Positions 1 through 12,513 of a stretch of 64,000 nucleotides of DNA are shown here, in pieces; the first letter of the stretch is position 1, and each line of letters starts with the position of its first letter. The notes under the pieces are model-generated. The model was not told where the DNA came from and did no database searches. It saw only the letters and a list, made by a program, of their open reading frames with translations. Location of the stretch: assembly GCF_009914755.1 (NCBI RefSeq), contig NC_060933.1. The stretch is one strand, 5' to 3'. Source of the DNA: the human T2T-CHM13v2.0 reference genome, Homo sapiens. Made by a program: the position numbers and the translations under genes.

Positions 1-1688
1 GAATGATGTGGTGAATTGTTCCGCCCCTCAATCACCCCAGGACTCTGCCAGCAATGCTGGGATCCTCCCAGATTCACACACTCACACTCTGGGACACAGA
101 AAAGAGCAAATGTGCCCAAAGAATCAAGAAGGAATGAATTTTCTCACTGCTAACCTAGTCCAGTTAGTCCTAATTCTTAAGATAAAATGTTAATTTCTCT
201 TTAATAGTTTTAGGATCAAGTAATTCTCACAGACATAAAAACTGGAAAGAACCTTGGATTTACTGCCTAGTTGGCCATTGTTTCTCCTTTAAGACCTCAG
301 ATTCAAGTTTGAGGGGATCATGGCGGACGGGAGGCAGGACTAGATTGCAGCTCCAGGAAGAGCAGCATCTGGCGGCTTGCGTCATGAATTTTAGCTCCAG
401 GTTGACTACAAGAACAAACCAGCAAACCCAAGAGAACCCACAGACCCTCTGAAAGAAGCAGAATGCTCCTGCAGGACCTGGGAGATACCCCAAGTACTGT
501 GAGTGCCCCAGCTGCAGAAGTGGGAAAGGGAGACCTCCTCTCCTGAACACACACCCCTACTGGAGAAGCTGAAGGTATGTTTGCAGGAGAAACTTCCAAC
601 TTTACCTGGATCTGAGTCAAGTTAGAGAGCTGAGTGAAACACAGGGGTACAGGAAGCAGCAGAAAGGCCCTGGGAGCTCACTGGATCTCCAAGCAGCCCA
701 TTCCTGCCTGGCACCACAGGAATCCACCGGGAGGGTGGCCAGAGGAGGGGTGGGGGGTGAAACTCCACAGGGAGAAGGAATTCTGTAGCCAAACTTTGTA
801 ACAATTTGTATGGGGCAAGAAGCCTCCTGGCCAGAAATCAGGGGAAGAACTAAAGCCCTTTTCTTTTTTTCTTTCGCAGCTGGAAGGCAGATTGCCTTGG
901 GCAAGTTTTCAAGCCCCTCTCACCCTCCGCCTGGAAACGGATTCAGGGCTGTTGGTGGGGCACTGTGGGAGTGAGACTGGCCCTTTGCTTTGCGTGGGAG
1001 CTGGGTGGGGCCTGTGACTGCTGGCTTACCCCCACTTTCCTGACAACCTGCATGACACTGTAGAGGCAGCCATAATCATAGGTACACAACTCCAGTGACC
1101 TGGGAGTCTTACCCCCACCCCCCACGGCAGCTGCAGCAAGATTCGTCCAAAGAGAGTCTGAACTCACACACACCTAGCCCTACCCCCACTCGATGGTCCT
1201 TCTCTACCCACCCAGGTAGCAGAAGACAAAGAACACATAATCTTGGGAGTTCTAGGGCCCCTCCCACTGCTGATCCCCGCTCCACACTACTACAGCTGAT
1301 GCTCTCTGGAAAGTGCCACCTCCTGGCAGGAGGCCAACCAGCACAAAAATAGAGCATTAAACCACCAAAGCTAAGAACTCTCACGGAGTCCATTGCACCC
1401 CCTGCCACCTCCACCAGAACAGGTGCTGGCATCCATGACTGAGAGACCCATAGACGGTTCACATCACAGGACTCTGTGCAGACAGCCCCCAGTACCAGCC
1501 CAGAACCAGGTAGACTGGCTGGGTGGCTAGACCCAGAAGAGAGACAACAATCACTGCAGTTCGGCTCACAGGAAGCCACATCCATAGGAAAAAGGGGAGA
1601 GTACTACATTGAGGAATGTCCCATGGGACAGAAGAATCTGAACTACAGCCTTCAGCTCTAGACCTTCACTCTGACAGAGCCTACTCAA

Positions 1689-2707
1689 ATGAGAAGGAAC
1701 CAGAAAACCAACCCTGGTAATATGACAAAGCAAGACTCTTCAACACCCGTAAAAAATCACACTAGTTCACCAGCAATGGATCCAAACCAAGAAAAAATTC
1801 CTGATTTACCTGAAAAAGAGTTCAGGAAATTAGTTATTAAGCTAATCAGGGAGGGACAAGAGAAAGGCGAAGCCCGGTGCAAGGAAATCCAAAACATGAT
1901 ACAAGAAGTAAAGGGAGAAATATTCAATGAAATAGATAGCTTAAAGAAAAAACAATCAAAAATTCAGGAGACTTTGGACACACTTTTAGAAATGTGAAAT
2001 GCTCTGGAAAGTCTCAGCAATAGAACTGAACAAGTAGAAGAAAGAAATTCAGAGCTCAAAGACAGGGTCTTTGAATTAACCCAATCCAGCAAAGGCAAAG
2101 AAAAAAGAATAAGAAAATACGGACAAAGCCTCCAAGAAGTCTGGGATTATGTTAAACGACCAAACCTAAGAATAATTGTTGTTCCTGAGGAAGAAGAGAA
2201 TTCTAAAACTTGGAAAACACATTTGGGGGAATAACTGAGGAAAACTTCCCCAGCCTAGCTAGAGACCTAGACATACAAATAAAAGAAGCACAAAGACCAC
2301 CTGGGAAAATCATCACAAAAAGATCTTCACCTAGGCACGTTGTCATCAGGTTATCCAAAGTTAAGACAAAGGAAAGAATCTTAAGAACTATGAGACAGAA
2401 GCACCAGGTAACCTATGAGAGAAAACCTATCAGATTAACAGCATATTTCTCAGCACAAACCCTACAAGCTAGAAGGGATTGGGGCCCTATCTTCAGCCTC
2501 CTCAAACAAAACAATTATCAGCAAAGAATTTTGTATCCAGCCAAACTAGGCATCATATATGAAGGAAAGATACAGTTGTTTTCTGACAAACAAATGCTGA
2601 GAGAATTCGCCATTACCAAGCTACCACCATAAGAACTGCTAAAAGGAGCACTAAATCTTGAAACGAATCCTGGCAACATGTCAAAACAGAACCCTTTTGA
2701 AGCATAA
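1689..2707 (+). pseudogene. L1 ORF1p (RNA-binding protein) remnant, disrupted
   Basis: Track ORFs 1689-1997 (MRRNQKTNPGNMTKQ...EKEFRKLVIK) and 2210-2632 (ENFPSLARDLDIQ...RSSPRHVVIRL...QARRDWGPIF...YPAKL) match L1 ORF1p; broken by stops and frameshifts. Confidence 0.9.
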
Positions 2708-2797
2708 ATCACACGGGACCTATAAAACAAAAATACAAGCTAAAAAGCAAAAGCAAAAAAACAAAAAAAATACCAAAGTACACAGGCAACAAAGAGC

Positions 2798-5700
2798 ATG
2801 ATGAGTGCGATGGTACCTCACCTTTCAGTACAAACACTGAATGTAAACGGCCTAAATGCTCCACTGAAAAGATACAAAACTGCAGAATGGATAAGAACTC
2901 ACCAACCATCTGCTGCCTTCAGGAGACTCATCTAATACATAAGGACTCACAAAACCTTAAAGTAAAGGGGTAGAAAAAGGCATTTCATGCAAATGGACAC
3001 CAAAAGTGAGCCGGGGTAGCTATTCTTATATCAGACAAAACAAACTTTAAAGCAACAGCGATTAAAAGAGACAAAGAGAGGCAATATATAATGGTAAAAG
3101 GCCTTGTTGAACAGGAAAATATCACAATCCTAAACATATATGCACCTGACACTGGAGCTCCCAAATTTATTTATAAAGCAATTACTAATAGACCCAAGAA
3201 ATGAGATAGACAGCAACACAATAATAGTGGGGGACTTCAATACTCCACTGACAACACTAGACAGGTCATCAAGACAGAAAAGCAACAAAGAAACAATGGA
3301 TTTAAACTATACCTTGGTACAAATGGACTTAACAGAAATCTACAGAACATTTCATCCAACAACCTCAGAATAGACATTCTATTCAACAGTGCATGGAACT
3401 GTCTCCGAGATACACCATATGATAGGCCATAAAATGAGCCTCAATAAATTTAAGAAAATTGAAATTCTATCAAGCACTCCTTCAGACCACAATGGAATAA
3501 AACTGGAAGTCAACTCCAAAAGGAACCTTCAAAGCCATGCAAATACATGGAATTAAATGACCTGCTCATGAATGAGCATTGGGTCAAAAACAAAATCAAG
3601 ATGGAAATTTAAAAATTCTTTGAACTGAATGACAATAATGACACAGCGTATCAGAACCTCTGGGATACAGCAAAGGCAATGCTAAGAGGAAAGTTCATAG
3701 CCCTAAATGCCTGCATCAAAAAGTCTGAAAGAACATAAACAGACAATCTAAGGTCACACCTTAAGCAACTAGAGAAACAATAAGAAACCAAACCCAAACC
3801 CAGAAAAAGAAAGGAAATAACCAAGATCAGAGCAGAACTAAATAAAATTGAACAAACAAACAAAAAATACAAAAGATAAATGAAACAAAAAGCTGGTTCT
3901 TTGAAAAGACAAATAAAATTGACAGAACATTAGCAAGATTAATCAACAAAAGAAGAGAGAAAATCCAAATAACCTCACTAAGAAACAAAATAGGAGATAT
4001 TATAACTGACACCAGTGAAATAGAAAAGATTATTAAAGGCTACTATGAACACCTTTACACACATAAACTAGAAAACCTAGAAGAGCTGGATAAATTCCTA
4101 GAAAAATACAACCCTCTTAGCTTAAATCAGGAAGAATTAGATACCCTGAACAAACCAATAACAGGCAAGACTGAAATGGTAATTTAAAAATTACCAACAA
4201 CAAAAAAAAATCCAGGACCAAACAGATTCACAGCAGAATTCTACCAAACTTTCAAAGAAGAATTGGTACTAATCCTTTTGACACTATTCCACAAGATAAA
4301 GAAGGAACCCTCCCTAACTCATTCTATGAAGCCAACATCACCCTAATGCCAAAACCAGGAAAGGACACAACCAAAAAAGAAAACTACAGATGGATATCCT
4401 TGATAAACATAGATGTTAAAATCCTTAACAAAATACTAACTAATCGAATCTAACAACATATCGAAAAGATATTCCACCATGATCAAGTGGCTTTCATACC
4501 AGGATGCAGGGATTTTTTAACATATGCAAGTCAATAAATGTGATACACCACATAAACAGAATTAAAAACAAAAATCACATGATCATCTCAATAGATGCAG
4601 AAAAAGCATTTGACAAAAATCCAGCATCCCTTTTTGATTAAAACTCTCAGCAAAATTGGCATACAAGGGACATACCTTAATGTAATAAAAGCCATCTATG
4701 ACAAACCCACAGCCAACTTAATACTGAATGGGGAAAATTTGAAAGCATTCCCTCTGAGAACTGGAACAAGGTGAGGATGCCCGCTCTCACCACTCTTCTT
4801 CAACACAGTACTGGAGGTCCTAGCCAGAGCAATCAGGCAAGAAAAAGAAATAAAGGGCATCCAAATGGGTAAAGAGGAAGTCAAAATGTCACTGTTTGCT
4901 GAAGATATGATCGTTTATCTTGGAAATCCTAAGGACTCTTCCAGAAAGCTCCTAGAACTGATAAAAGAATTCAGTTCTTTTATCAGTTAAAAGTTTCCAG
5001 ATACAAGATTAATGTACACAAATCAGTAGCTCTTCTATACACCAACAGCGACCAAGCAGAGAATCAAATAAAAAACTCAACCCCTCTTACAATACCTGCA
5101 AAAAAATTAAAATACTTAGGAATATACCTAACAAAGGAGTTGAAAGACCTCTACAAGGAAAACTGCAAAACACTGCTGAAAGAAATCATAGATGACACAA
5201 ACAAAAGGAAACACATCCCAGGCTCATGGATGGGTAGAATCAATATTGTGAAAATGACCATACTGCCATAAGCAATCTACAAATTCAATGCAATCCCCAT
5301 TAAGATACCACCACCATTCTCCACAGAATTAGAGAAAAACAATTCTAAAATTCATATGAAACCAAAAAAGAGTCCACATAGACAAAGCAAGACTAAGCAA
5401 AAAGAACAAATCTGGAGGCATCACACCACCTGATTTCAAACTATACTATAAGGCCATCGCCACAAAAACAATGTGTACTGGTATAAAAATAGGCACATAG
5501 ACCAATCACACAGAATGGAAAACCCAGAAATAAACCGAAATACTTACAGCCAACTGATCTTCAACAAAGCAAACAAAAACATAAAGTGGAGAAAGGACAA
5601 CCCTTTCAACAAGTGGTGCTGGGCTAATTGGCTAGCCACATGTAGGAGAACGAAACTGGATCCTCTTCTCTCACCTTATACAAAAGTCAACTCAAGATGG

Positions 5701-6605
5701 GTTAAAGACCTAAACCTAAGACCTGAAACTATAAAAATTCTAGAAGATAACATCGGAAAAACCTTTCTAGACATTGGCTTAGGCAAGGATTTCATAATCA
5801 AGAACCCAAAAGCAAATGCAATAAAAACAAAGATAAATAGCTGGGACCTGATTAAACTAAAGAGCTTTTGCATGGCAAAAGGAACAGTCAGCAGAGTAAA
5901 CAGACAACCCACAGAGTGAGAGAAAATCTTTGCAATCTATACGTCTGACAAAGGACTGATATCCAGAATCTACAACAACTCAAACAAATCAATAAGGAAA
6001 AAATAAACAATCCCATCAAAAAGTGGGCCAAGGACATGAATAGACAATTCTCAAAAGAAGATATGCAAATGGCCAATAAACATATGAAAAAATGCTCAAC
6101 ATCACTAATAATCAGGGAAATGCAAATCAAAATCACAATGTGATACCACCTTACTGCTGAAAGAATAGCCATAATCAAAAAATCAAAAAACAGTAGATGT
6201 TGACATGGATGTGGCAAACAGGGAACAACACTTCTACATTGCTACTGGAAATGTAAACTAGTACAGCCACTGTGGAAAACAGTGTAGAGATTCCTTAAAG
6301 AACTAAAAGTAGAACTACCATTTGATCAAGGAATCCCACTACTGGGTATCTACCCAGAGGAAAAGAAATCATTATTTGAAAAAGACACTTGCAGACACAT
6401 GTTTATAGCAGCACAATTCACAATTGCAAAATTGTGGAACCAACCTAAGTGCCCATCAATCAAAGAGTGGATAAAGAAACTGTGGTATATATATACCACT
6501 GCATTTCCAGTGACCTGGACGAGATTGAAGACTATTATTCTAAGTGAAGAAACTCAGGAGTGGAAAACCAAACATTGCATGTTCTCACTGATATGTGGGA
6601 GCTAA
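2798..6605 (+). pseudogene. L1 ORF2p (endonuclease/reverse transcriptase) remnant, disrupted
   Basis: Starts MMSAMVPHLSVQTLNVNGLNAPLKRY; EN motifs GDFNTPL (~3230) and SDH (~3482); RT motif reads LFAEDMIVY (FAED at 4895-4906); C-terminal pieces WYKNRHIDQ (5473-5919) and MFIAAQFTIAK (6399-6605); many stops and frameshifts. Confidence 0.92.
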
Positions 6606-6855
6606 GCTATGAGGATACAAAGGCATCAGAATGATACAATGGACTTTGGGGACTTGGGGGGAAGAGTGAGAGGGAGGTAAGAGATAAGAGACTACAAATA
6701 TGGTGCAGTGTATACTGCTTAGGTGATGGGTACACCAAAATCTCACAAATCACCACTGAAGAACTTACTCATGTAACCAAATACCACCTGTACCCCAATA
6801 GCTTATGGACAAATAAAATTAAAATAAATTAATTTTTTAAAAAACCCTCAGATTC

Positions 6856-7060
6856 CTAAGATCAGCTCTCCAGGGAAATCTACCCTAACCCCCTAGACTA
6901 GTTCAGGACTTGTATAATCTCAGGGCTCCCTGTAATGTGTCTTCATGGTCCTCCTCACAGTTCATAATTATTGCTTAAAGTCTGTGTCCCCTCTTAATCT
7001 ATAAGCTTTATGTAGACAGAGACAATATCAGTTTTGCTCACCACCATATCACTAGTGCCT
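6856..7060 (+). mobile_element. L2 3' fragment (continuation of the L2 interrupted by the L1)
   Basis: TCTGTGTCCCCTCTTAATCTATAAGCTTTATGTAGACAGAGACAATATCAGTTTTGCTCACCACCATATCACTAGTGCCT resembles the L2 3' end. Confidence 0.6.
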
Positions 7061-7063
7061 TAC

Positions 7064-7250
7064 TGTCTTGGTTCATTTGTGCTGCTATAACAAAATACCT
7101 TAGACTGGGTAATTTACAAACAACAGAAATTTGTTGCTCACAGTTCCAGAAGTTGGGAGGTCCAAGATCAAATTGGCAGCAGATTCAATGTCTGATAAGG
7201 GCCTGTTTCTCATAAATGGCACCTTCTATGTGTCTACACGTGACTGAAGA
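7064..7250 (-). mobile_element. MaLR LTR fragment (MLT1A/MST-like)
   Basis: TGTCTTGGTTCATTTGTGCTGCTATAACAAAATACCTTAGACTGGGTAATTT...TCACAGTTCCAGAAG...CCAAGATCAA is the reverse complement of a MaLR LTR 3' end. Confidence 0.8.
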
Positions 7251-7644
7251 AATAGGCAGCACCAACTGTTTCCCAGCTCCTGGGCAAGGCAATGGGGAAT
7301 ATGGTGGTAAGATATGATCCTTGTCATTTAGGGTTTTACAAGCAATGTGATTGTTAGCACTTGCACCAATGGTGAACTGAGGTGGGATAGTGGTGGAAGG
7401 GAATGTGCTGGTATTTTCATATCTCAGACTTTTAAGAGGTTTTGGGGAAATATAAAGATTACAGAATTGGATGACTGTTGCTGGAAGTTATTGACACCTT
7501 GCTTCCCAGCAAGAGTCCCATTAAACTTGAAGCTACAGGAACCTCCTAGTCACTTCAGGCATCTGGAGACAAGAGGCCTTCAGGCAAGAAGGGAAGTAAC
7601 CCATCCTAACAGGGGTAAATGGCCCTAATCAGGCCCATATGAGG

Positions 7645-8535
7645 CAGGGCTTCTGTCACATAATATCTTTGAACTTGGGTTTTGTAAGTGAAGTCTGATA
7701 GGACCATGCTGCACAACATGTGAGCAGAGGAGACAGGCACAGTATGAGTATCTGCTGTTCCTTGCCATCCCCTTCACATAGAGCATTTGCCCCATGGCAG
7801 AGAATGTCAGAAACCCATGGACAAGACTCAAAGTGAATATAAGGTAAGTGTGTTATGTCTGCAAATTAAGTGAATAGGCTGGGGGTGGTGGGAAAGGGGC
7901 GGTGCTGAGAGCCCTGAGAGGCTTCGTCCTCATTTGAACTAGAATTTGCTTTGAACATAGAAAGAGGGCAATGGCATTCTAGGAAATATAAACATCCTTT
8001 CTTGCTGTTATTACTTCCCTTTATTAGCCAACCACTTACACTGAAAATGATAAGGGAACAGAAGAGATAGGACAGCCCATAGCTCCTTTTCCTTACTCAG
8101 CAGTTAGCTGAAGGTAGAGAGTGTTGGTAGAATGCATGCATATCAAGAACTGAAATAAAACAGTTGGGTCGGTTTTGTGGAGCATTTCCACCATTCTAGT
8201 AACAATGAGATATGTGTGCAAGCTACGAAATACAAATTGTGTAATTTGGATGACTCCACATCAGTTAAATGCTCTAATGTCTGCATTTAAAAGTGGCCTT
8301 TTGCAATATAAAGCTGAATGTAAAAGGTACGCTAATAATTCAAGATTTTTCATTTTTTCATTTAAATGGCATTAAAAAGCAAATTTTCAAACCCATGGTA
8401 AGTCTAGAGAGAGACTACAGAGGAAAGGAAAAAGCTTTATATTTCTATAGCATTAGTGGCATTTTTTCCTGCTTTCTAAAAAAGGGACCTGCATTTTCAT
8501 TTTGCACTGGGCCCCACAAATGTAGGTGGACTTGG
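7645..8535 (+). mobile_element. MER45B-like hAT-Tip100 DNA transposon fossil
   Basis: Internal GAAGGTAGAGAGTGTTGGTAGAATG and terminal CATTTTCATTTTGCACTGGGCCCCACAAAT; the terminus is shared with the MER45A copy at 42.8 kb. Confidence 0.75.
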
Positions 8536-8614
8536 AACGGAAGTTCTATAGCTGGTGCTATTAGGTGCTATATCATATTGCACCCACAAGGTAAGTCCCA
8601 TTCTCATAACCACT

Positions 8615-8840
8615 GATATACAGTGGTAAGAAGGGCTGTATGGACCACCATTATGCTATATCCTGTCTCTGCCACGTACTCCTCTGGCCATGGCCTTGAA
8701 CTTCAATTTCAAGCCTCAGTTTCTTCAGCAGCAGTGTGGGGGCAGTGCAGGTGTCTATGAGAATTAACTGATATAGAGTATGTGAACATGTTGAGCAATT
8801 GTTACATATCAATACTCATGTAAAGACTTGTGATTTTTAT
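8615..8840 (+). mobile_element. MIR
   Basis: Core AAGCCTCAGTTTCTTCA and MIR-like tail. Confidence 0.6.
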
Positions 8841-9096
8841 TGCATATATGCTCCCAGTGAAGGGCAAGACTGTCGTTGCAGGCCAGGTGCAGGCCAGGTG
8901 TAACCAAACTTATGGGAGGAGTCAAGGGGCAGGGCTGGTGATTTGTTGATGAGCAGAGATGAGCTGTTTTGTAACTTGAAGCATCTCATGGAGATGGCAT
9001 ACTTTCCACTGAATTTTGTGAAGGAAAAGTGGCTTTTTGTGACATCCAAAGAATGGGGATGAAAGCACTCCCTGGAAGATTTGGGAAGAGTGACAG

Positions 9097-9731
9097 TGTC
9101 AGCGGTGTTTGAAAAAGAGTGACTCCATCTTGAATAAGGGCTGGGTAAAATTAGGCTGAGACCAACTGGGCTGCATTACCAGGAGGTTAGGCATTCTTAG
9201 TCACAGGATGAGATAGGAGGTTGGCACAAGGTACACGTCACAAAGACCTTACTTATATAACAGGTTAAGGTAAAGAAGCCAGCCAAAACCCGCCAAAATC
9301 AAGACGGCCATGAAAGTGACCTCTGGTCCTCCTCACTACTCATTATATGCTAACTATAATGCATTAGCAGGCTAAAAGACACTCCCACAAGCGCCATGGC
9401 AGTTTACAAATGCTATGGCAATGTCAGGAAGTTACCCTATATGGTCTAACAAGGGGAAGGACCCTCAGCTCTGGGAATTGCCCACCCCTTTCCCAGAAAA
9501 CTCATGAATAATCCACCCCTTGTTTAGCATATAATCAAGAAATAACCATAAAAATGGCCAACCAGTAGCCCTCAGGGCTGCTCTGCCTATAGAGTGGCTG
9601 TTCTTTTATTCCTTTACTTTCCTAATAAACTTGCTTTCACTTTACTCCATGGATTCGCCTTGAATTCTTTCTTGTGCAAGATCCAAGAGCCCTGTCTTGG
9701 GGTCTGGATCGGGACCTTCTTTCCGGTAACA
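9097..9731 (+). mobile_element. MER41B solo LTR (ERV1)
   Basis: TG...CA termini, 635 bp; start TGTCAGCGGTGTTTGAA...CTCCATCTTGAATA, end GGGGTCTGGATCGGGACC...CCGGTAACA; AATAAA at ~9624; GAS-site region at 9469-9498. Confidence 0.88.
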
Positions 9732-10585
9732 AGAAGACACCAGAAACTCAATATCATACTGAGCATCACTGAGTCAAAATCCTCTGCCCCAAAACTCAAG
9801 TGAATCCACGATGAACCCCTGGCCAAACTCACCAGTTGAAAAGTTCATGTGAACTTTGGGGTTTTGTGCAAAACATGTAATCAGGCCAGGTTTCAGGTTC
9901 CATAACAAAAGTTCTTCCCAGACTGGTGACCGCAAGCCAGTCTGACATTTGTAAGTGCATTTCCATGGAAAAAGAAGGCGCTGCTTAATTGCATTAGGAG
10001 AATAGTACCACATTCCATGGGAGAACACTGACATGCTTTGACAAGCATAAGGAAAACGTACTCCTCTCCGTGCTGTGTCCATTTTCTTTGGGGTCACGTC
10101 CATTATCTTGGAGATGGCATGCAAAGAAGAACTAGAGTTTATTCCCCAAATGAAAAGCAAATTGGCAGTTCTTTCTTAGTAATGATCACAGCCACCACCC
10201 AGCATACTGCTACCAAACCATCCTACTTTCTTCCAGCCACAAGGTTTGTAATTTTGTTCTGCACAATGCCCTCCTGGCTTAAGAGCTCCTACAAATGAAA
10301 AGGGTGCTAAATGAGGAGACAGTCTCCGGTTGCAGAGAAAGAGCAAATAGGTAAAAATAACACATATTGCTGATTCAGTGTTGTTCGTTAGCCAGAAAAA
10401 TAGAGAAAGGATGTGGAATGAAATCCTTCAAAGACAGTCTTTCAAAGAACATATGACTCTGGGGAAAGTGTTTTAGGAAGGAAGTCGAAAATTATAGATG
10501 TTTCCAACAGGAAAATTGTATAAATGGACATTTCCTAGAAGGGGAGTGTTTAACGGTGCTTCATGAAAGCTAAGAACCATATTTC

Positions 10586-11835
10586 TGTAACAAGGATAAT
10601 ATTTTGCAAATATTACACTTCTAACTTTTCAGTTTCCTCTTAAATCACCTTCCCCTGCCGTCTTCCACCTCCAAGGCTGAGGCACGAGGCTTATGGCCCC
10701 AGGGATACTGCCTAGAACAAAGAGGCCATTGATCAGTTTGAATCTCAGAGCTGACTTTCTTGACCTCTTAAGCAAGAAAATAGTCTTCAAAGCCAGGCAT
10801 TGTTGAGAAGGAAAGGGATTTTCTAAATTCCTTTAGCTCCCATTAGTGTATCAAGAGCCATACCTGGTGGAATAGATCATAGAGATTTACTATATGCCAT
10901 CAGGATAGGATGTGGAGGAGTGGAAAGCTGGCTGCTTTCAGCCTGAGGGATTGGATGAAGAAGACAGAGGGCAGGGGAGTCAAGGGAAGCCAGTTAGGTC
11001 CCCAATTCTTCTCTCCAGTCCTGCATCCTGGAAAGGTGGGGGGGGGGGGCATGTTACATAGACAGAGGGGAAGGCTGCACATGTCAGGAGAGTAATGAAG
11101 CACTTCTTGTCACGCATATCTGGGGATTCTAGTGGAAGGCTACAAGCCTTAAGGAGAAGTCCTGTGAGTGGTCACTGCCAGCATGGTGCAAGGCAATGGG
11201 GCAACAATGGAGGGAGAAGGTAACCAGCAAGTGAGCCCAGAACAATGCTCCTAGGTCCCTACTGCCCTAGGGATGGCACAATGGGGAACTAGAGTATAGA
11301 GATGTGAAGGTACTAAAAAGACTGGTGGGAAGGATGAAAACCATGGTCAAAATGAAGAGGCCAGAAGCAGCCCTAGGATCAGAAAACATGGTCAGAAGTG
11401 GGTGCCAGCATGTTACCCCAGAACTCCAGGTAGGCAGTGATTACCAGTACAGGAAGCAGGCTAGACTGGCCACTTTGCAGCAAAGACCAGCAAGAATCTG
11501 GAGGATCTCACATGATCCCCTTTCTCCTCTCCACCAAATAATAGGCGAGCCTCCTTAACCACCCTGAAATCACCGTGGGATGGAGAATGAGCTTTACCTA
11601 AAGAGGAGGAGAGTTCTAAAAGGGAACATTTAAACCAGCCTTGGGAACGGATTGAACATCTGATTAATAAACTATTTAAATTAAAATAAGAACATTTAAC
11701 TTGGAGGAGACTGCTATAGTGTTAATTGGCAAGTAGGGGAGTATCTAAGGAAGACCAGCTCAGGTTTAGGAAACACAGAAACTACACAATATTGCACATC
11801 TGAGTGAGTGTGAGTGAATTCGCAACTCTGTTACA
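10586..11835 (+). mobile_element. Ancient Gypsy-type solo LTR (MamGypLTR-like)
   Basis: Perfect 7-bp terminal inverted repeat TGTAACA / TGTTACA; 3' end TTGCACATCTGAGTGAGTGTGAGTGAATTCGCAACTCTGTTACA resembles recalled MamGypLTR ends. Confidence 0.5.
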
Positions 11836-12456
11836 TCTTTATTCCTCGCTGCTCCTTACCATTCTATTGCATGTGCACTTGTCGACTTTCTTTAAGTCAA
11901 AGCAAATTTGGTGTTTGGAAGTGTCCTCGGGGAAGCCTAGGGGCACAAGAAACTTGCTTTAAAGTCCCAAAAAGGCAATAGCAATTTGAAGTTTGCAAGA
12001 TATCCTCTTGAGAAGTCCTCAATGCTCACATCACTAGAATTAAAATCAAAGCTGCTGGGAAGACTTGCTGAGCCCCAGTGTGTTCCATGTGAAACTGGAG
12101 GTCAGCATTCTTCTGCGGGGAAAATAGTATTGCCAACTGTTGGGAGGAAATGGAAGACATGAACCGAAAAATCACAAGAGCCTATCTCCTTTATAGTCTC
12201 CATTGAACCTACAATGTGGTGAAGCAAACTAGGCAAACTCAGTTTTGTACAAGAAGAAAGGATAAAATTAGTGGGGAGAGGTAGCTAGCAACAGTTGGTG
12301 AACACGGCTCCATCTAAATCCACATCTATCTATTCTACCACCTCCACTCCCCAGTTGTGCAGGGCACTGCTTAGTAGACACATACATATGTGGCCCAGGC
12401 ATAGCCCAAGGACCCTTTCAAGGACATCAGAAAGCTAAACTTCAAGAGCAAAGCTA

Positions 12457-12513
12457 CAGCCTGGGCAACAGAGTGAGACTCCATCTCAAAAAAAAAAAAA
12501 AAAGAAAAAAAAA
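12457..12513 (+). mobile_element. Severely 5'-truncated Alu (last ~31 nt plus poly-A)
   Basis: CAGCCTGGGCAACAGAGTGAGACTCCATCTC plus A tail; flanking TSD core GAGCAAAG on both sides. Confidence 0.85.

Larger units (their letters stand above)
311..6840 (+). mobile_element. Full-length LINE-1, L1PB family (L1PB1-like 3' end, L1PBa-type 5' UTR), inactive
   Basis: 5' end GAGGGGATCATGGCGGACGGGAGGCAGGACTAGATTGCAGCTCC; ~1.4 kb 5' UTR; ORF1 and ORF2 remnants; 3' UTR ending ...CATGTAACCAAATACCACCTGTACCCCAATA plus A-rich tail; degenerate TSD AAGACCTCAGATTC (291-304) / AAAACCCTCAGATTC (6841-6855). Confidence 0.93.

Noticed and set aside
2518-6217. Hydrophobic - strand ORFs
   Set aside because: Antisense frames of A-rich L1 sequence
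7840-8600. Three GTAAGT donor motifs (~7844, ~8398, ~8591)
   Set aside because: Two lie in MER45B and none has a convincing paired acceptor
9092-9736. TSD for the MER41B LTR
   Set aside because: Flanks GACAG / AGAAG do not match convincingly
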